A DNA stretch of 63,448 nucleotides, filler included, from Octopus bimaculoides (lineage: Eukaryota), in the NCBI RefSeq assembly GCF_001194135.2. It is 5 parts of 5 records of this genome, joined end to end, with 100 filler letters (N's around TTAATTAATTAA, not from the genome) between each part and the next. Parts side by side here need not be neighbours in the genome. Positions count along the whole stretch, not along the records: positions 28,466 to 54,055 come from NC_068990.1; positions 54,156 to 56,897 come from NC_068995.1; positions 56,998 to 61,595 come from NC_068997.1; positions 61,696 to 63,448 come from NC_068994.1; 1 more part is not named here. The stretch is one strand, 5' to 3'. Of the stretch, positions 51,296 through 63,385 are shown piece after piece (the first letter of the stretch is position 1; each line of letters starts with the position of its first letter). Made by a program: the position numbers and the translations under genes. Below the pieces are notes generated by a model. It worked only from the letters and a program-made list of their open reading frames with translations, made no database searches and was not told the DNA's origin.

Positions 51296-52018
51296 AGTAA
51301 GTATGAATAAAATCACTGAGAAATTTATTACACATGCGGGATTCACATAACTTTGCATGGAAGAGAAAATAAAGAATATAACTCTCCCATTCAATGTAAA
51401 TGTCCCTATGAACATAGCGAAGAATATTTTATGGAACGTTAATTACCAGCATTACACTCACAAATACCAAAAGCCTTTTAATGTGGATAATGTTGGAGTT
51501 AGTTACTCCTGTCTTGAAAATATCACTTTCAAATAGTATTTTATGTATCACACCTCAATTCAGTAGGTGCAATTATGGAGAATATAAATGAAATCACAAT
51601 CTAAATCTTCAACTGAAGGTTTCACATTTCATACATGATTCTTTAGTCCAGATACAGATATAGCTCTTTTGTCCTATTTATATGGCAATTTGGTGGGCAG
51701 TGAATTGGCATTAAAATTATCACCAGTAGTATACACGAGAAGACTCATTCATATTCCTGCATGGTGCATAACTGCGACTTTGGTCTCTGATAAAGGGGCC
51801 GCTCTATACTTGCACGAAGTGAATGAAATATCATATCCTGCTGTCAGCAGTCATGGTCACTATCAACAAATTTATGTCATTGATTTCCATTCTGATTTAA
51901 TTATTGTTTTGAAATTCTTGGAAATGCCACTAGAGTTTTGAATGAAACAAAAGAGGATTAACGATTACTGTGGACATAATTTCTCCTATTAAAAGAGGAT
52001 ATGATAAATAACATACTA

Positions 52019-52296
52019 CACATTATTTACATTATTTACATTTGACAGATATTTGTCCTCATCCTGCTTGTTGCTACCACAACGTTCAGCCTTCATCAGG
52101 TGTCCTGGTGGAATTTTGAACCCAACCTTGGGTTCTTATTCCTAAGGTATTTTTTGCTGATGTTACTATTATTATTATTATTATTATTGTTGTTGTTGTT
52201 GTTGTTGTTGTTACTCAGGTCACTGCCTGGAATCGAACTTGAATTCTTGGGGTTAGTAGCCTGCGCACTTAACCACTATGCCATATGCCTGTGGGC
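52019..52296 (-). mobile_element. Penelope pseudo-LTR copy (family A), HHR internally deleted
   Basis: Reverse complement of 10816-11100; HHR remnant 52077-52104 lacks stem II loop and GA. Confidence 0.85.
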
Positions 52297-52355
52297 GTAG
52301 TGCCTAAGAGTGCAGGTATTGATGCTAAGATTCTGAGTGTGATTCCAGGCAGTGA

Positions 52356-52424
<69 letters not shown>

Positions 52425-52575
52425 CAACATCGAAAAATACCTTAGGAAGAAGAACCCAGGTTCGAAATTTCCCCAAGACACCTGATGAAGGCTGGAGGGT
52501 ATATTAGCTGAAACGTTGTATTAACAACAAATAAGATGAGGACAAATATCCGTCTAATGTAAATAATGTACATAA
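52294..52575 (+). mobile_element. Penelope pseudo-LTR copy (family A), head-to-head with the previous copy
   Basis: Homology to 23555-23835; joined through GGC microhomology. Confidence 0.85.
52477..52522 (+). ncRNA. Family A hammerhead, core intact
   Basis: gacac CTGATGA a ggctg...tagct GAAAC gtt gtatt; stem II kept by G-U pairs; one stem I mismatch. Confidence 0.75.
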
Positions 52576-52599
52576 TGTAAATAATATTTGAAAATGGGA

Positions 52600-52872
52600 T
52601 TAATTATTTAATTATAGACACAGTTAGCTAAAAAGAACATCGAGTCATAGAATTCTTATCCTAAAAAAGAAGTAGACAAATCCCCAAAAGAAGAACAAAC
52701 ACAAAAAAGAACTACAACACAAAGATGTAGTACATGTAAAGTATTAGCAGATGCTCAGGGAAGGAAAGAAAGATGGTTTAATGTTTCGAGCAAAACTCTT
52801 CTTCAGAACAGTGGAATGTCCAATAGAAAAGGAAGACAGAGGAAGAAAATCGCCAATGATTCACATGTGGTT
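52600..52872 (-). mobile_element. Family B HHR module fused 3' of a CORE-like SINE head (52875-53040)
   Basis: Homology to 4630-4830; HHR 52776-52809 gtt CTGAAGA a gagt-ttt-gctc GAAAC att aaac. Confidence 0.7.
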
Positions 52873-53104
52873 ACAACAGGCTTCTTTTACTTTCTGTCTA
52901 CCTAATCCACTCACAAGGCCTTGGCCAGCCTGAGGCTATAGTAGAAGACACTTGCCCAAGGTGCCATGCAGTGGGACTGAACCCAGAACCATGTGGTTGG
53001 GAAGCATGCTTCTTACCACATAGCCACACTTATGCCTATACATATATTTATATATATTTATGTATACATGCACATGTGCCTGTGTGTCTGTATATGTATG
53101 CATG

Positions 53105-53260
53105 CTAACCACTACACGCATTTTTTTTCTCTCCTTGTTTCTTTCTGTGTTCCTTTCTGTGAAAGAGCGTAGGCTCAAAACGTTAAAAACTTTTTCAATT
53201 CCTGAGCGTTATACTAATACATCTATTTATTTTCTACACCACCTGTCTTTGTTGTTTTTT

Positions 53261-53265
<5 letters not shown>
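53105..53265 (+). mobile_element. Family B-related module with degenerate HHR
   Basis: ttt ctgtgaa a gagc-gtag-gctc aaaac gtt aaaa at 53154-53188, then cctgagcgt. Confidence 0.5.
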
Positions 53266-53356
<91 letters not shown>

Positions 53357-53479
53357 GTTATTGTATCTATTAACGTGCATGATTGTTTGTGTAATGCATA
53401 CATGCCTACTTATAAATAGTAAGTTTTCTCCTTTTATTTCTTGGAATTTTTCGATGGTGTCATTGAGTCTAAATGACTT

Positions 53480-53770
53480 AATCCTTCTGTCCTGTTCCAC
53501 ACCAAACAATGGACCAGCGCTACCAAATGAAGCAGCGTGCAATATACAACGAGAGTTCAAAGATTGACATACAAGGAACATGTATAATGGTAAATGAAGC
53601 ACGAATCTTATAGCAATGGTGTTAAGTTGTGACGTTGGCATTCAATTAGCTTGGCAGGGTATTAGCATTTAACTCCTGTCTCTGTGAAAGTCTTTGAGAG
53701 AATTATGTGGAACTGGTCTTCTGCCAAATGCTGGCGAGATATCTCAGATCAATGACTGTTTTGTTTGGCA
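53480..53770 (+). pseudogene. LINE RT relic
   Basis: GY*HLTPVSVKVFERIM resembles YRPISLT.V..KVFERI. Confidence 0.35.
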
Positions 53771-53970
53771 TCTTCCTGTGTTAATGCTGTCTTTCCTGCT
53801 GTTATTGATTATTAATTAGAATTCTCAAAATATATCAATTAAAACTAGTATCGTTCTTGGAGAAGATTTTATGGGCAAATTTCTGCAAGTTACAGAGAAA
53901 CTTTCCAAAGTTGGATTTCACTGGAGATAGACATAAAATAATAAAATAACTTCTCTTGTTCCATGTTGCA

Positions 53971-54055
<85 letters not shown>

Positions 54056-54254
54056 NNNNNNNNNNNNNNNNNNNNNNNNNNNNNNNNNNNNNNNNNNNNT
54101 TAATTAATTAANNNNNNNNNNNNNNNNNNNNNNNNNNNNNNNNNNNNNNNNNNNNTATATATATATATTTCTCTCTCTCTCTCTCCCTCTCTTTCTCTCT
54201 CTCTCCCTCTCTCTCTTTGTATATATATATATATATATATATACATATATATAC

Positions 54255-54290
<36 letters not shown>

Positions 54291-54587
54291 CTGCGTGCGT
54301 GTGTGTATTACATAAGTTTGTATGTGGGTGTTAATGTATTTATAGCCATAAATTAAAACAGAACAATTACTATCGAAAATACTAATTTTGTTAATTTTTG
54401 AATTCATTATATACTATAATAATTTATCAGTGTCAGCATATATAATCGTTTCAATAGCTTTGTTGTGTAATAATAACTTTGTGACATTCAATCGCATAGC
54501 TAATATGTGTTTAGAAATCTACACATATATATGCATGTTTACATACAAACGAATATATGTATACATTTTTATCATTATATGTATATG

Positions 54588-55386
54588 TACTAAGGATAAC
54601 CAAAAGTAACCGGAAACATTCGTCGTGTGACAAGCGCGTTTCGGTACGAGCTTCCGCCACTAGAAGCCACTTGGTGCAACCCTCAGGCATTTAGTCTGCC
54701 TGCCGGCGTTGTCGAATAGGGTCGTACTTCCACATGGTGCGTCTTTGTTTGCAGTGCTTCTCTTCTGTTCGTCGATTTTTGCGATGGCTGAAACGAAGGA
54801 ACAGCGTGGTTCCGTGAAATTCTGTTTTCGAAACAGATGTCAAAGAGCTTAGAAGACGGCTGTCATGTTAACGAGTAGTTTTCACGCTTCAAGAATGGTT
54901 ATTTCCCGCTTGAGAACCAGTGTTGTTCAGGGCGACCGTCGACCTCCCGAAAGAATGAAAATATCATGAACTATTATTCTTGGAGGACCGTCGCCGAACA
55001 ATTGACAAAGCTTGTTGATATGACTGGTGTGTCCTGGAGCTCCTGCCAACGGATTTTGTAGTCGCCACAGAATGGGTGTCGTGAACTGAAAGAACAGTTG
55101 GAAGTTGATCCGGACGTTTTTTCGCAGGTCATCACTGGTGACGTAAATTGCTGCTATGGAATTTGCAGATGTGGAAGAGATGAAGAAAAAAAAAAACATG
55201 GTGGTGTTAGGAGGCATTACTTCTCAATAGTTCCAGAACAGCTTCGAACTCTGGAAAACGCGTCTGGACAGATGCATTGCTTCAAACGGAGAATATTCTG
55301 AAGGCGATGAAAATTTAAACTTGTAAAACCAAGTGAATAAAATAATATTGCAAAATTCCTGTTTCTTTTGGATACCTCCTCGTGTA
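54588..55386 (+). mobile_element. Internally deleted mariner transposon with both TIRs
   Basis: TIRs ~aaggataaccaaaagtaaccgg / tcctgtttcttttggatacctcctcg; MAETKEQRGSVKFCF, SGRPSTSR, DRRRTIDKLVDMTGVSWSSCQRIL, VITGD motifs. Confidence 0.88.
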
Positions 55387-55460
55387 GTATAAACATACAA
55401 TATATGCAGCATTAAAATTTAGAAAATTATAGTGTATATATATACATATATATATGTATG

Positions 55461-55516
<56 letters not shown>

Positions 55517-55519
<3 letters not shown>

Positions 55520-55920
55520 GACACAGATACACTAAGTTCCTGGGTTAGCTGCGCTTTAGGCAAAAGCGAATACTTTCTCAATGTGTCTGGTGCTGAAAGC
55601 ACCCGAAAGGAAGTTATAGGCAAGTATGACAACTCATATCCGATCCCTTCTCGGAGCTACAAGCATTGATATTTATCCATTGTTGTGACTTTTTAATACC
55701 GCATACCGAAGAAGGCCTACCGACTTTGAAAAAATCACAACAATGGCGAAACATTCATGTCTGTCGCTTCAAGAAGGGACCTGGTGTAATTTGTCTCGCT
55801 TGCCTATGACTTACTTTCAGGTGTTTTAATCCCAGGTGCGTTGTGAATATATCACCTTACACCTAAACCGCAGCCAATCCACGAACTAACAACAAACACA
55901 CTTAGTGTATGTGTGTTCGA
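55517..55920. repeat. ~400-bp imperfect palindrome (foldback/MITE-like element)
   Basis: Nested complementary blocks, e.g. cggacacagatacactaag/cttagtgtatgtgtgttcg, aagttataggcaag/cttgcctatgactt, ccattgttgtgactttt/aaaaatcacaacaatgg. Confidence 0.85.
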
Positions 55921-56059
55921 TTTTGCTTATATATCTCGAGTTGCCTCTAATGCATATTTGAATTATTGTCGTGACGTGAAACGTTGAAAAATGCCAGCAT
56001 ATGGTTCCTAAACCAATTAGCATATAGGCATGTAAAACTTCTATAAATATGTAGCATTT

Positions 56060-56400
56060 GTGAATGAGACAATTTGATATTGCTGCTCACATCTGCGTTT
56101 CCTGTAGCAAATTAAGTTCGACCAGAACTCTTGACAGGAAGAGATTTAGTTTTGAAGGCACCTACATCCACCCCAGAATGTCTCTCAGACTTTTGGAGAG
56201 GATAGCCAAGAATTGTGAACTCTTATTCTCAAAGATATTGAAGTATCATATTCTTTATCTTCGTGGCAAGTTTAGAATCTTCGCCACCATGCAGTGGTGC
56301 CCCGTTCTGGTGTTTGTATATCTTTCTCACCTTCTTTCTAGGGAGTAGAGATTTTGTCACCCGAAATAAAATAGTATTTGGACTGAACAATTGTAATCAT
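56060..56400 (-). mobile_element. CR1/L2-group LINE 3' relic
   Basis: FTILG.PLQKSERHSGVDVGAFKTK resembles GP.LFN.LP..LR...G.DV..FK.KLD. Confidence 0.45.
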
Positions 56401-56865
56401 ATAAATGAAGCTGAAAGTAGGAGAAAAACGGTAAGTTCACTAAATTTGATAGCGACAATCAAAAATGCATACGATTCGAACTGTAATGAACTTCAACTTT
56501 AACCACTAAACAGATTTAAGTTGGGAAATCTTAAAATACATGACAAGATTTATAAAAAATATACACTCGCGTGCACTATGTCAGTAAAGTATTTCTAATA
56601 CTTAATACACGTATGCATATATACATGTCTTTATGTATACTTCTAAGTGTGTATACATGCCTATATGTTAATCTGACTGGTATTTTTTAATATGTATATG
56701 TATGTAGGACTATGTATATGTGTATATGTGTATATCTGTATCTATGTATAAATATATTTATATATGTATATATGTATATGCGTGTCTATATGTTTATGTA
56801 TATTTCTTTTTGTGTGCGTTGGTATGTGTGCATATGTATCTATATATCTGTTTATGTATGTATCC

Positions 56866-56897
<32 letters not shown>

Positions 56898-56997
56898 NNN
56901 NNNNNNNNNNNNNNNNNNNNNNNNNNNNNNNNNNNNNNNNNTTAATTAATTAANNNNNNNNNNNNNNNNNNNNNNNNNNNNNNNNNNNNNNNNNNNN

Positions 56998-57033
<36 letters not shown>

Positions 57034-57059
57034 CACATATATATATTTGTGTGTGCGTG

Positions 57060-57290
57060 TATGTATTTGTCCCTCCACCATCACTTGACACCCGATATTG
57101 GTGTGTTTACGTCCCCGTAACTTAGCCATTCGGCAAATCAGTCCGATAGTGTAAATGCTAGGTTTACAAAGAATAAGTCCTGGACCGATTTCTTCGACGG
57201 AAAAAAACAAAAAAAAAAGCTTTAAGGTGGTGAGTACAGCATGGCCGCAGTTAAATTACTGAAACAAGTTAAAAGAATAAAAGAATAAAT
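57060..57290 (+). mobile_element. CORE-like SINE 3' half
   Basis: Homology to 17690-17890. Confidence 0.8.
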
Positions 57291-57703
57291 GAATACATTC
57301 ACTTACACACACGCACACACAGACACACGCACACACACTTCTAATCCTGTTATTTATTTACTTTTTCCTAACACACACCCGATGCTGACCGCTTCACACC
57401 ATAGAAACACTCTCTCCCTCATTTCTTTACTCTCAATCAATCCTATGACTTCTCTTGTACTTTCTCTCCTTAGCTCTCTCTCTCTCTCTCCTCTTCACTA
57501 GATCTATCGTTTAACTCTGTCATTCCAGTCTATTTAGTCATGCATGGTCTGTTTTTATCAGCCTTTGATTTTTCACCTCCGTTACCAGCGCCACCTACTC
57601 AACAGCCAACGCCGACCTTACAAATGTCATTCAATAAAACTTTATTGCTTTCTTATCGTGTTATAACAAAAAAGAAGACAGAAAGAAAACCCTTGCGCAC
57701 ACA

Positions 57704-57751
<48 letters not shown>

Positions 57752-57805
57752 CATATACATGAACTACTTTTGTTTTTCTTAAATCCTCTGCCGGTATGTA
57801 TATTA

Positions 57806-58190
57806 TACTCTTACTCTTTTTCTCTCTTTTACTTGTTTCAGTATTTTGACTGCGGCCATGCTGGAGCACCGCCTTTACTCAAGCAAATCGACCCCAGGAC
57901 TTATTCTTTGTAAGCCTAGTAGTTATTCTCTCGGTATCTTTTGTCGAACCGCTAAGTTACGGGGACGTAAACACACCAGCATCAGTTGTCAAGCGATGTT
58001 GTGGGGACAAACACAGACACACAAACATATACATACATACATATATATACGGCGGGCTTCTTTTAGTTTCCTTCAACCAAATCCACTCACAAGGCTTTGG
58101 TCGGCCCGAGGCTATAGTAGAAGACACTTGTCCAAATTCCCACGCAGTGGCACTGAACCCGGAACCGTGTGGTTGGTAAGCAATCTACTT
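57806..58190 (-). mobile_element. Near full-length CORE-like SINE, CpG-rich
   Basis: Homology to 6958-7361. Confidence 0.9.
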
Positions 58191-59920
58191 TATTTCANNN
58201 NNNNNNNNNNNNNNNNNNNNNNNNNNNNNNNNNNNNNNNNNNNNNNNNNNNNNNNNNNNNNNNNNNNNNNNNNNNNNNNNNNNNNNNNNNNNNNNNNNNN
58301 NNNNNNNNNNNNNNNNNNNNNNNNNNNNNNNNNNNNNNNNNNNNNNNNNNNNNNNNNNNNNNNNNNNNNNNNNNNNNNNNNNNNNNNNNNNNNNNNNNNN
58401 NNNNNNNNNNNNNNNNNNNNNNNNNNNNNNNNNNNNNNNNNNNNNNNNNNNNNNNNNNNNNNNNNNNNNNNNNNNNNNNNNNNNNNNNNNNNNNNNNNNN
58501 NNNNNNNNNNNNNNNNNNNNNNNNNNNNNNNNNNNNNNNNNNNNNNNNNNNNNNNNNNNNNNNNNNNNNNNNNNNNNNNNNNNNNNNNNNNNNNNNNNNN
58601 NNNAAAACATTAGAATAGATAGACGATACAAAGGCGGACAAGAGAAACAACAATTAGAAGGACAGGCCAAAAAAAATAGACGGGTTATTCGTAACCTTCT
58701 TTCCTCAGTCAAGTACCAGAAGTCATGACCGTTTCGGGCCGTTACACTTTAAACGGTTCGATCTGGTTGCCTCCCAAAAGTCTAAGCTAAGAGCATTAGA
58801 CCCCTTTGTAAGAAAGCTAGAGAATGTGTACAGCAGCAGAATATGAACTTAGAACGCAAAGAGGGACGAAATTCCATGAAGCAATCTATCCGGTGTGCTA
58901 ACGAGTCTGCCAGCTCGCGTCCTTAAAACTTACATACAAGAATATTGGTGACAGTGACAACGAAGTTTTGGCTTGCTAGTCCTCCTCTGTCTGAGAAAAG
59001 CTACAAGTCGTTGTCACTATTATTCCTCTAAATGTACAAATATATGTGTGTGTGTGTGTGCGCGCGCGAGTGATGAGTTACACAAGACTTAAATATTTGT
59101 TACTTTGTTTTCCAAGCATTTGAAGCCCGTTCTTCTCGATAATCTAATTCACATTAATGCAAAGCAATGACTACCTGCCGGCAAACTCTGCACTCTCATT
59201 GATAATATGGCTCCAATGAACAAAACTTTGAGTGCCAACATACATGCATATTTATCGTATATATAAAATGATTCCTTCTCGCCATTGCGATGCTGATAAC
59301 TAATTGTTAGAGCTCAATATACTCATATTTTACAGTAAACCAGCAGGATATTACAGAGATAGATATTAATTTTTAAAATAATATGAATTAAAAAAAACGA
59401 ACGGGGGTTACGTAACCACTTGCATTCGCTTACCGTTGCTTCTCTTAAAAGAACTATGCGTCTAGAGCTGAATGCCAGTCCGATATTTTTTTACGTTCTT
59501 CAGAACCGTTTCAATAAACGACTATATATATATGTATATATGAAAGACGGTAGATGGAATATACGAGAATTTATTATTAATCACGGCAATTGTTTCGATA
59601 CATCTAGCATCGATTCCTCACGGGTGGGACACTAAACATCTGGTTCAGGAGCATCAGGTGGTGCAGATATATCTCATGGAGTGATAAATAGACACAACAC
59701 GTTAAAATAACAGTTCCACAATATAATTTCTCATTATGGAGAAAGAAAAGCAGTCAGACACACATTCACACACATTTCATATGTATACACACACGTATAC
59801 CCCCCAACAAATTTAGATATCCAAAAAAAAAAAAACTGCAAGAACTGTCTTGACCTTAATATTTTCTTTTTTTTTTATTCTATCAGTTACCGGCTTGAAT
59901 TCTACAAATGTGAAAAAGAA

Positions 59921-59990
59921 AATGCCATGGCCCAGTGGATAAGGCACTGATCTCCTAAGCCGAGAATTGCGGGTTCAAGCGCCTTCATAA
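59921..59990 (+). pseudogene. tRNA-Arg(CCT)-like pseudogene
   Basis: tggcccagtggataaggcactgatct-CCT-aagcc...gggttcaag resembles eukaryotic tRNA-Arg-CCT; acceptor and T stems do not pair. Confidence 0.6.
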
Positions 59991-60527
59991 ATCTAAGTAA
60001 TATTTTCACAATGGCACTCCAGCGTGGCCGCGGCCGCGTTACTGAAACCTATAAAAGAGTGAAAAACATACCCCTCCCCATAAAAAAAAACAACATAATA
60101 CAAGCGCGTGCACACACACACATACACACGTACACACACACAGAAGCATACAAGTGTGTGTATGTATGCGTGCTTCCGTGTGAATGTATGACGGAAGAGC
60201 TCTTTGCAGTTGTGTTTTTTTTATATTTTTCAGTTGTTTAAATTTATATTGTTTTTTTATTTTTTCATTATACATTTTTTTTTTGTATTTTATTTTTCTC
60301 TTTTCTTATTTTCCGCGTGTCATTTTAGTATTGACCATAAATAACTCTACTCACCAAACAGTAACACCAACCCATCTACTAATTCAACCTCATTACCACC
60401 ACCGTCATCATCATCACAAACACCAGCAAAGTCACCATCGCTATCTCTCCCTTTCTCTCTCTCTCTTTCTCGCTCGCTCGATTTCTCTCTCTCTTTGCTT
60501 TCTCCTTATCTTCACCGGCAGCGAGGC

Positions 60528-60548
60528 TAATGACGGCCATCTTCACAG
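60528..60548 (-). promoter_or_regulatory. YY1-like AAGATGGC motif in a CpG-retaining region, possible TSS-proximal site
   Basis: Minus strand gtgAAGATGGCCgtc; motif match only. Confidence 0.2.
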
Positions 60549-60699
60549 ACACCTTTCCACCATTACAATCATCACTTTTGAGGCATTCCTACGATCAAAA
60601 GCAATCCAGCTGCGACGAAATCGTGTCTTTTTTACGCATACTATTTTTTTTTTTTATTATATTTTCATTGAATTTTTTTTTGTTGTTGCAGACATTAGA

Positions 60700-60900
60700 G
60701 CGCGGCAATGCTGGAGCAATACCTTGAAGAATATTTCAGTCAAACGAATCGACCCCAGCCCACTTTTTTTTTTGTCTTTTTTTTTAAGCCTGCTACTTAT
60801 TCCATTGATCTCTTTGCCGAAACGCTAGCTTACGCGGACATAAACACACCAACACCGATTATCAAGGGTGGTTGGGGCCAAACACAAACACAAAGTTACA
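60700..60900 (-). mobile_element. CORE-like SINE 3' half
   Basis: Homology to 6958-7170. Confidence 0.75.
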
Positions 60901-61138
60901 CACACACACAAACACACACACACGCGCACACAAGCGCGCACACACAAACACATATACACACGTACACAAACATATATATCATTATTTTCTTCCTCTGTTT
61001 AGACGAACGTTTCTACCTTTTCGGACAAAACCTTTTGTAACGTTCGTCCTGTCTTTGTCCTTACATGTTTTTAATTGACATTAGCCCTTGTGGTCAATAA
61101 AAAGAATTAATTATTATTATTATTATTATTATTATTTT

Positions 61139-61595
61139 GTCGAGGAGTGGTGGCTTTGCTAAGAAAGGACCCAAACAAGGGGGACATTATTGGGAACTTT
61201 AGGCCTATCACTCTGCTCAACACAGAGTTGAAGATCTTGGCCAAGGTGCTAGCCAAGAGATTGGCGCCTGTCGTGGGCAAACTGATCGGCAAGGCGCAGA
61301 CATGCGCTGTGCCGACCAGGTCTATCCACGACACCCTCCATCTCATGCACTACATCATATAGAGGGTGGGTAACGACGCTGGCGCGGTCGGGGCTTTGAT
61401 CAATTTAGATCAGTCTAAAGCCTACGATAGGGTCGACCATCGATACCTGGTAGCTGTTCTCAAGGCAGCTGGCTTCGGTCCGGTCTTCCGCGGATGGATA
61501 GCTGCTTTATACAGCGGCATCTGCTCGGTCATACGGGTGAACGGCCATCTATCGGAACCGTTCAATATCTCGCGTTCGGTTCGCCAAGGGTGTCC
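61139..61595 (+). pseudogene. Tx1/L1-clade reverse transcriptase fragment (one premature stop)
   Basis: NFRPITLLNTELKILAKVLAKRL...Q...VPTRSIHD...LINLDQSKAYDRVDH..L...L...GFG...VNGHLSEPF.ISRSVRQGCP; TAG at 61363-61365; ends at gap. Confidence 0.92.
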
Positions 61596-61696
61596 NNNNN
61601 NNNNNNNNNNNNNNNNNNNNNNNNNNNNNNNNNNNNNNNTTAATTAATTAANNNNNNNNNNNNNNNNNNNNNNNNNNNNNNNNNNNNNNNNNNNNA

Positions 61697-61975
61697 AAGC
61701 TCCACGAGGCTCCGGCAGGGGATGGTGGCAAACCCTGCTGTACTCTTTCACCACAACTTTCTCTCACTCTTACTTCCTGTTGTGCCTGTAATTCAAAGGG
61801 TCAGCCTTGTCACACTGTGTCACGCTGAATCTCCCCGAGAACTATGTTAAGGGTACACGTGTCTGTGGAGTGCTCAGCCACTTGCACGTTAATTTCACGA
61901 GCAGGCTGTTCCGTTGATCGGATCAACTGGAACCCTCGACGTCGTAAGCGACGGAGTGCCAACAACCACAACAAA
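61697..61975 (+). mobile_element. tRNA-derived SINE 3' portion (family of 12714-13093)
   Basis: Near-identical to the reverse complement of 12714-12990. Confidence 0.9.
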
Positions 61976-62743
61976 CCCACCTCTACCACACCACCAGGAC
62001 CACCTAAACTAAGTTATTCACACTTTATTCTTTTCGGCCATCGAATTATTAGAATCTCTAAAGAATCGACCGAAATGCCTGGCGGTAGTTATTTCAGATT
62101 CATGCGTTACGAGTTCAAATCCAACCAAGGTCGACATTGCTTTTGTTTTTTTTTTTTGTTTTTTTTGTACTTCCGAAATATTGTAACAGATCTTCAGTGG
62201 TGGGACTGGCAAATGTTGCCACAAGTTCAAATCCTGCCGAGAACAATTTTTGCCTTTGATAATCCCAGATCCAGAATGGTGGAACGGAATGTCTTGCGGT
62301 ATTTGCTCCAGTTCCGTATTTTGAGTTCAAATCCCAGTTTAATATCACCGCCTGGCATTCTAGGTTCCTTTAGTGAACACCGCTCAGTTGGAAGTATCTG
62401 TATCAGGTCTGAAGTTTGGCGATACAATCCTGCTTCGCTTCCACAACACGGAGGTCCTGAAAAGGTCATTGAGGACGGCTCATCCACTTTACTAAACGAG
62501 AAAAAAACACATTTTATTGAGTAACCTTGTATTCTTTTCTGTTATTTTTTAAACAGTTCTGGTCTTTTGACCGAGACCATACTGGGGCACCACCATTAGT
62601 GTTGCTTTCAATTTATTTAATTTCCATAGCCTTCTCTGTGATTAGTTTTTGGTGCCTGAGAGTTTGGATATCGCTGCCATTATTTGTGTTTCTTGCTGTG
62701 ACGTAGATACGTCTGGGACTTTCTGCTTTGAAATACATTTATA

Positions 62744-62957
62744 TAATGGTTTCAAATTTTGGCACAAGGCCAGCAAGTTCGGGGGGAGGGGTTAAGTCAT
62801 TTACATCGACCCCAGTGCTCAACTGGTACTTATTTCATGGACCCTCGAAATGATGAAAAGCAAAGTCGACCTCCGTGGAATTTGAACTCAGAACGTGAAG
62901 ACGGACGAAACACCGCTAAGTATTTTTCCCGGCGTGCTAACGATTCTACCAGCTCGC
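62744..62957 (-). mobile_element. Full-length tRNA-derived SINE
   Basis: Head gcgagctggtagaatcgttagc A-box, gagttcaaattcc B-box, tail ggccttgtgccaaaatttgaaacc. Confidence 0.9.
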
Positions 62958-63249
62958 GGTCTAATGTTCATTTATATGATACAACGAGGGAGCCTCAATG
63001 CCGTCGCTTAACTAGTAAGAAACAGTAGCGATATCACCCTCATAGAACACCCCTCCACACCTCATCGTCTTTGAAGATAGCAAAAACGGATTAGGGCATA
63101 TGAATCAGTGATGTTATTGATAAACTCCGTTTCAAAAATAAAGGCAAGATGATCAATGCTTGCATACGTTTGATCTTGATCACAGAGATGTGTTTGATCA
63201 GGGAGATGACTCGGAGCTAAAGAGCAAAAAAAGACTGCAGCACTTCAGT

Positions 63250-63385
63250 ACTACCACCACCACTCCACATCACACCACACCACACCACCATCATCACCAC
63301 AACCACCACCGCCATTATTATTACCAACACTGTGACTACTACTACTACCACTACTACTACTACCACTACTACTACCACCGATACC
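63250..63385 (+). repeat. (CAC)n/(CTA)n low-complexity tract
   Basis: Trinucleotide runs. Confidence 0.85.

Noticed and set aside
58690-58770. Minus-strand ggccc-GAAAC-ggtc half hammerhead
   Set aside because: No CUGANGA-type core or stem I partner upstream; at most a truncated remnant
59921-59990. Functional tRNA genes (also 32342, 43673, 50645)
   Set aside because: Stems are broken or contain insertions; treated as pseudogenes or SINE heads
61844-62524. 226-aa ORF
   Set aside because: Runs through SINE sequence and low-complexity tracts; no domain motifs
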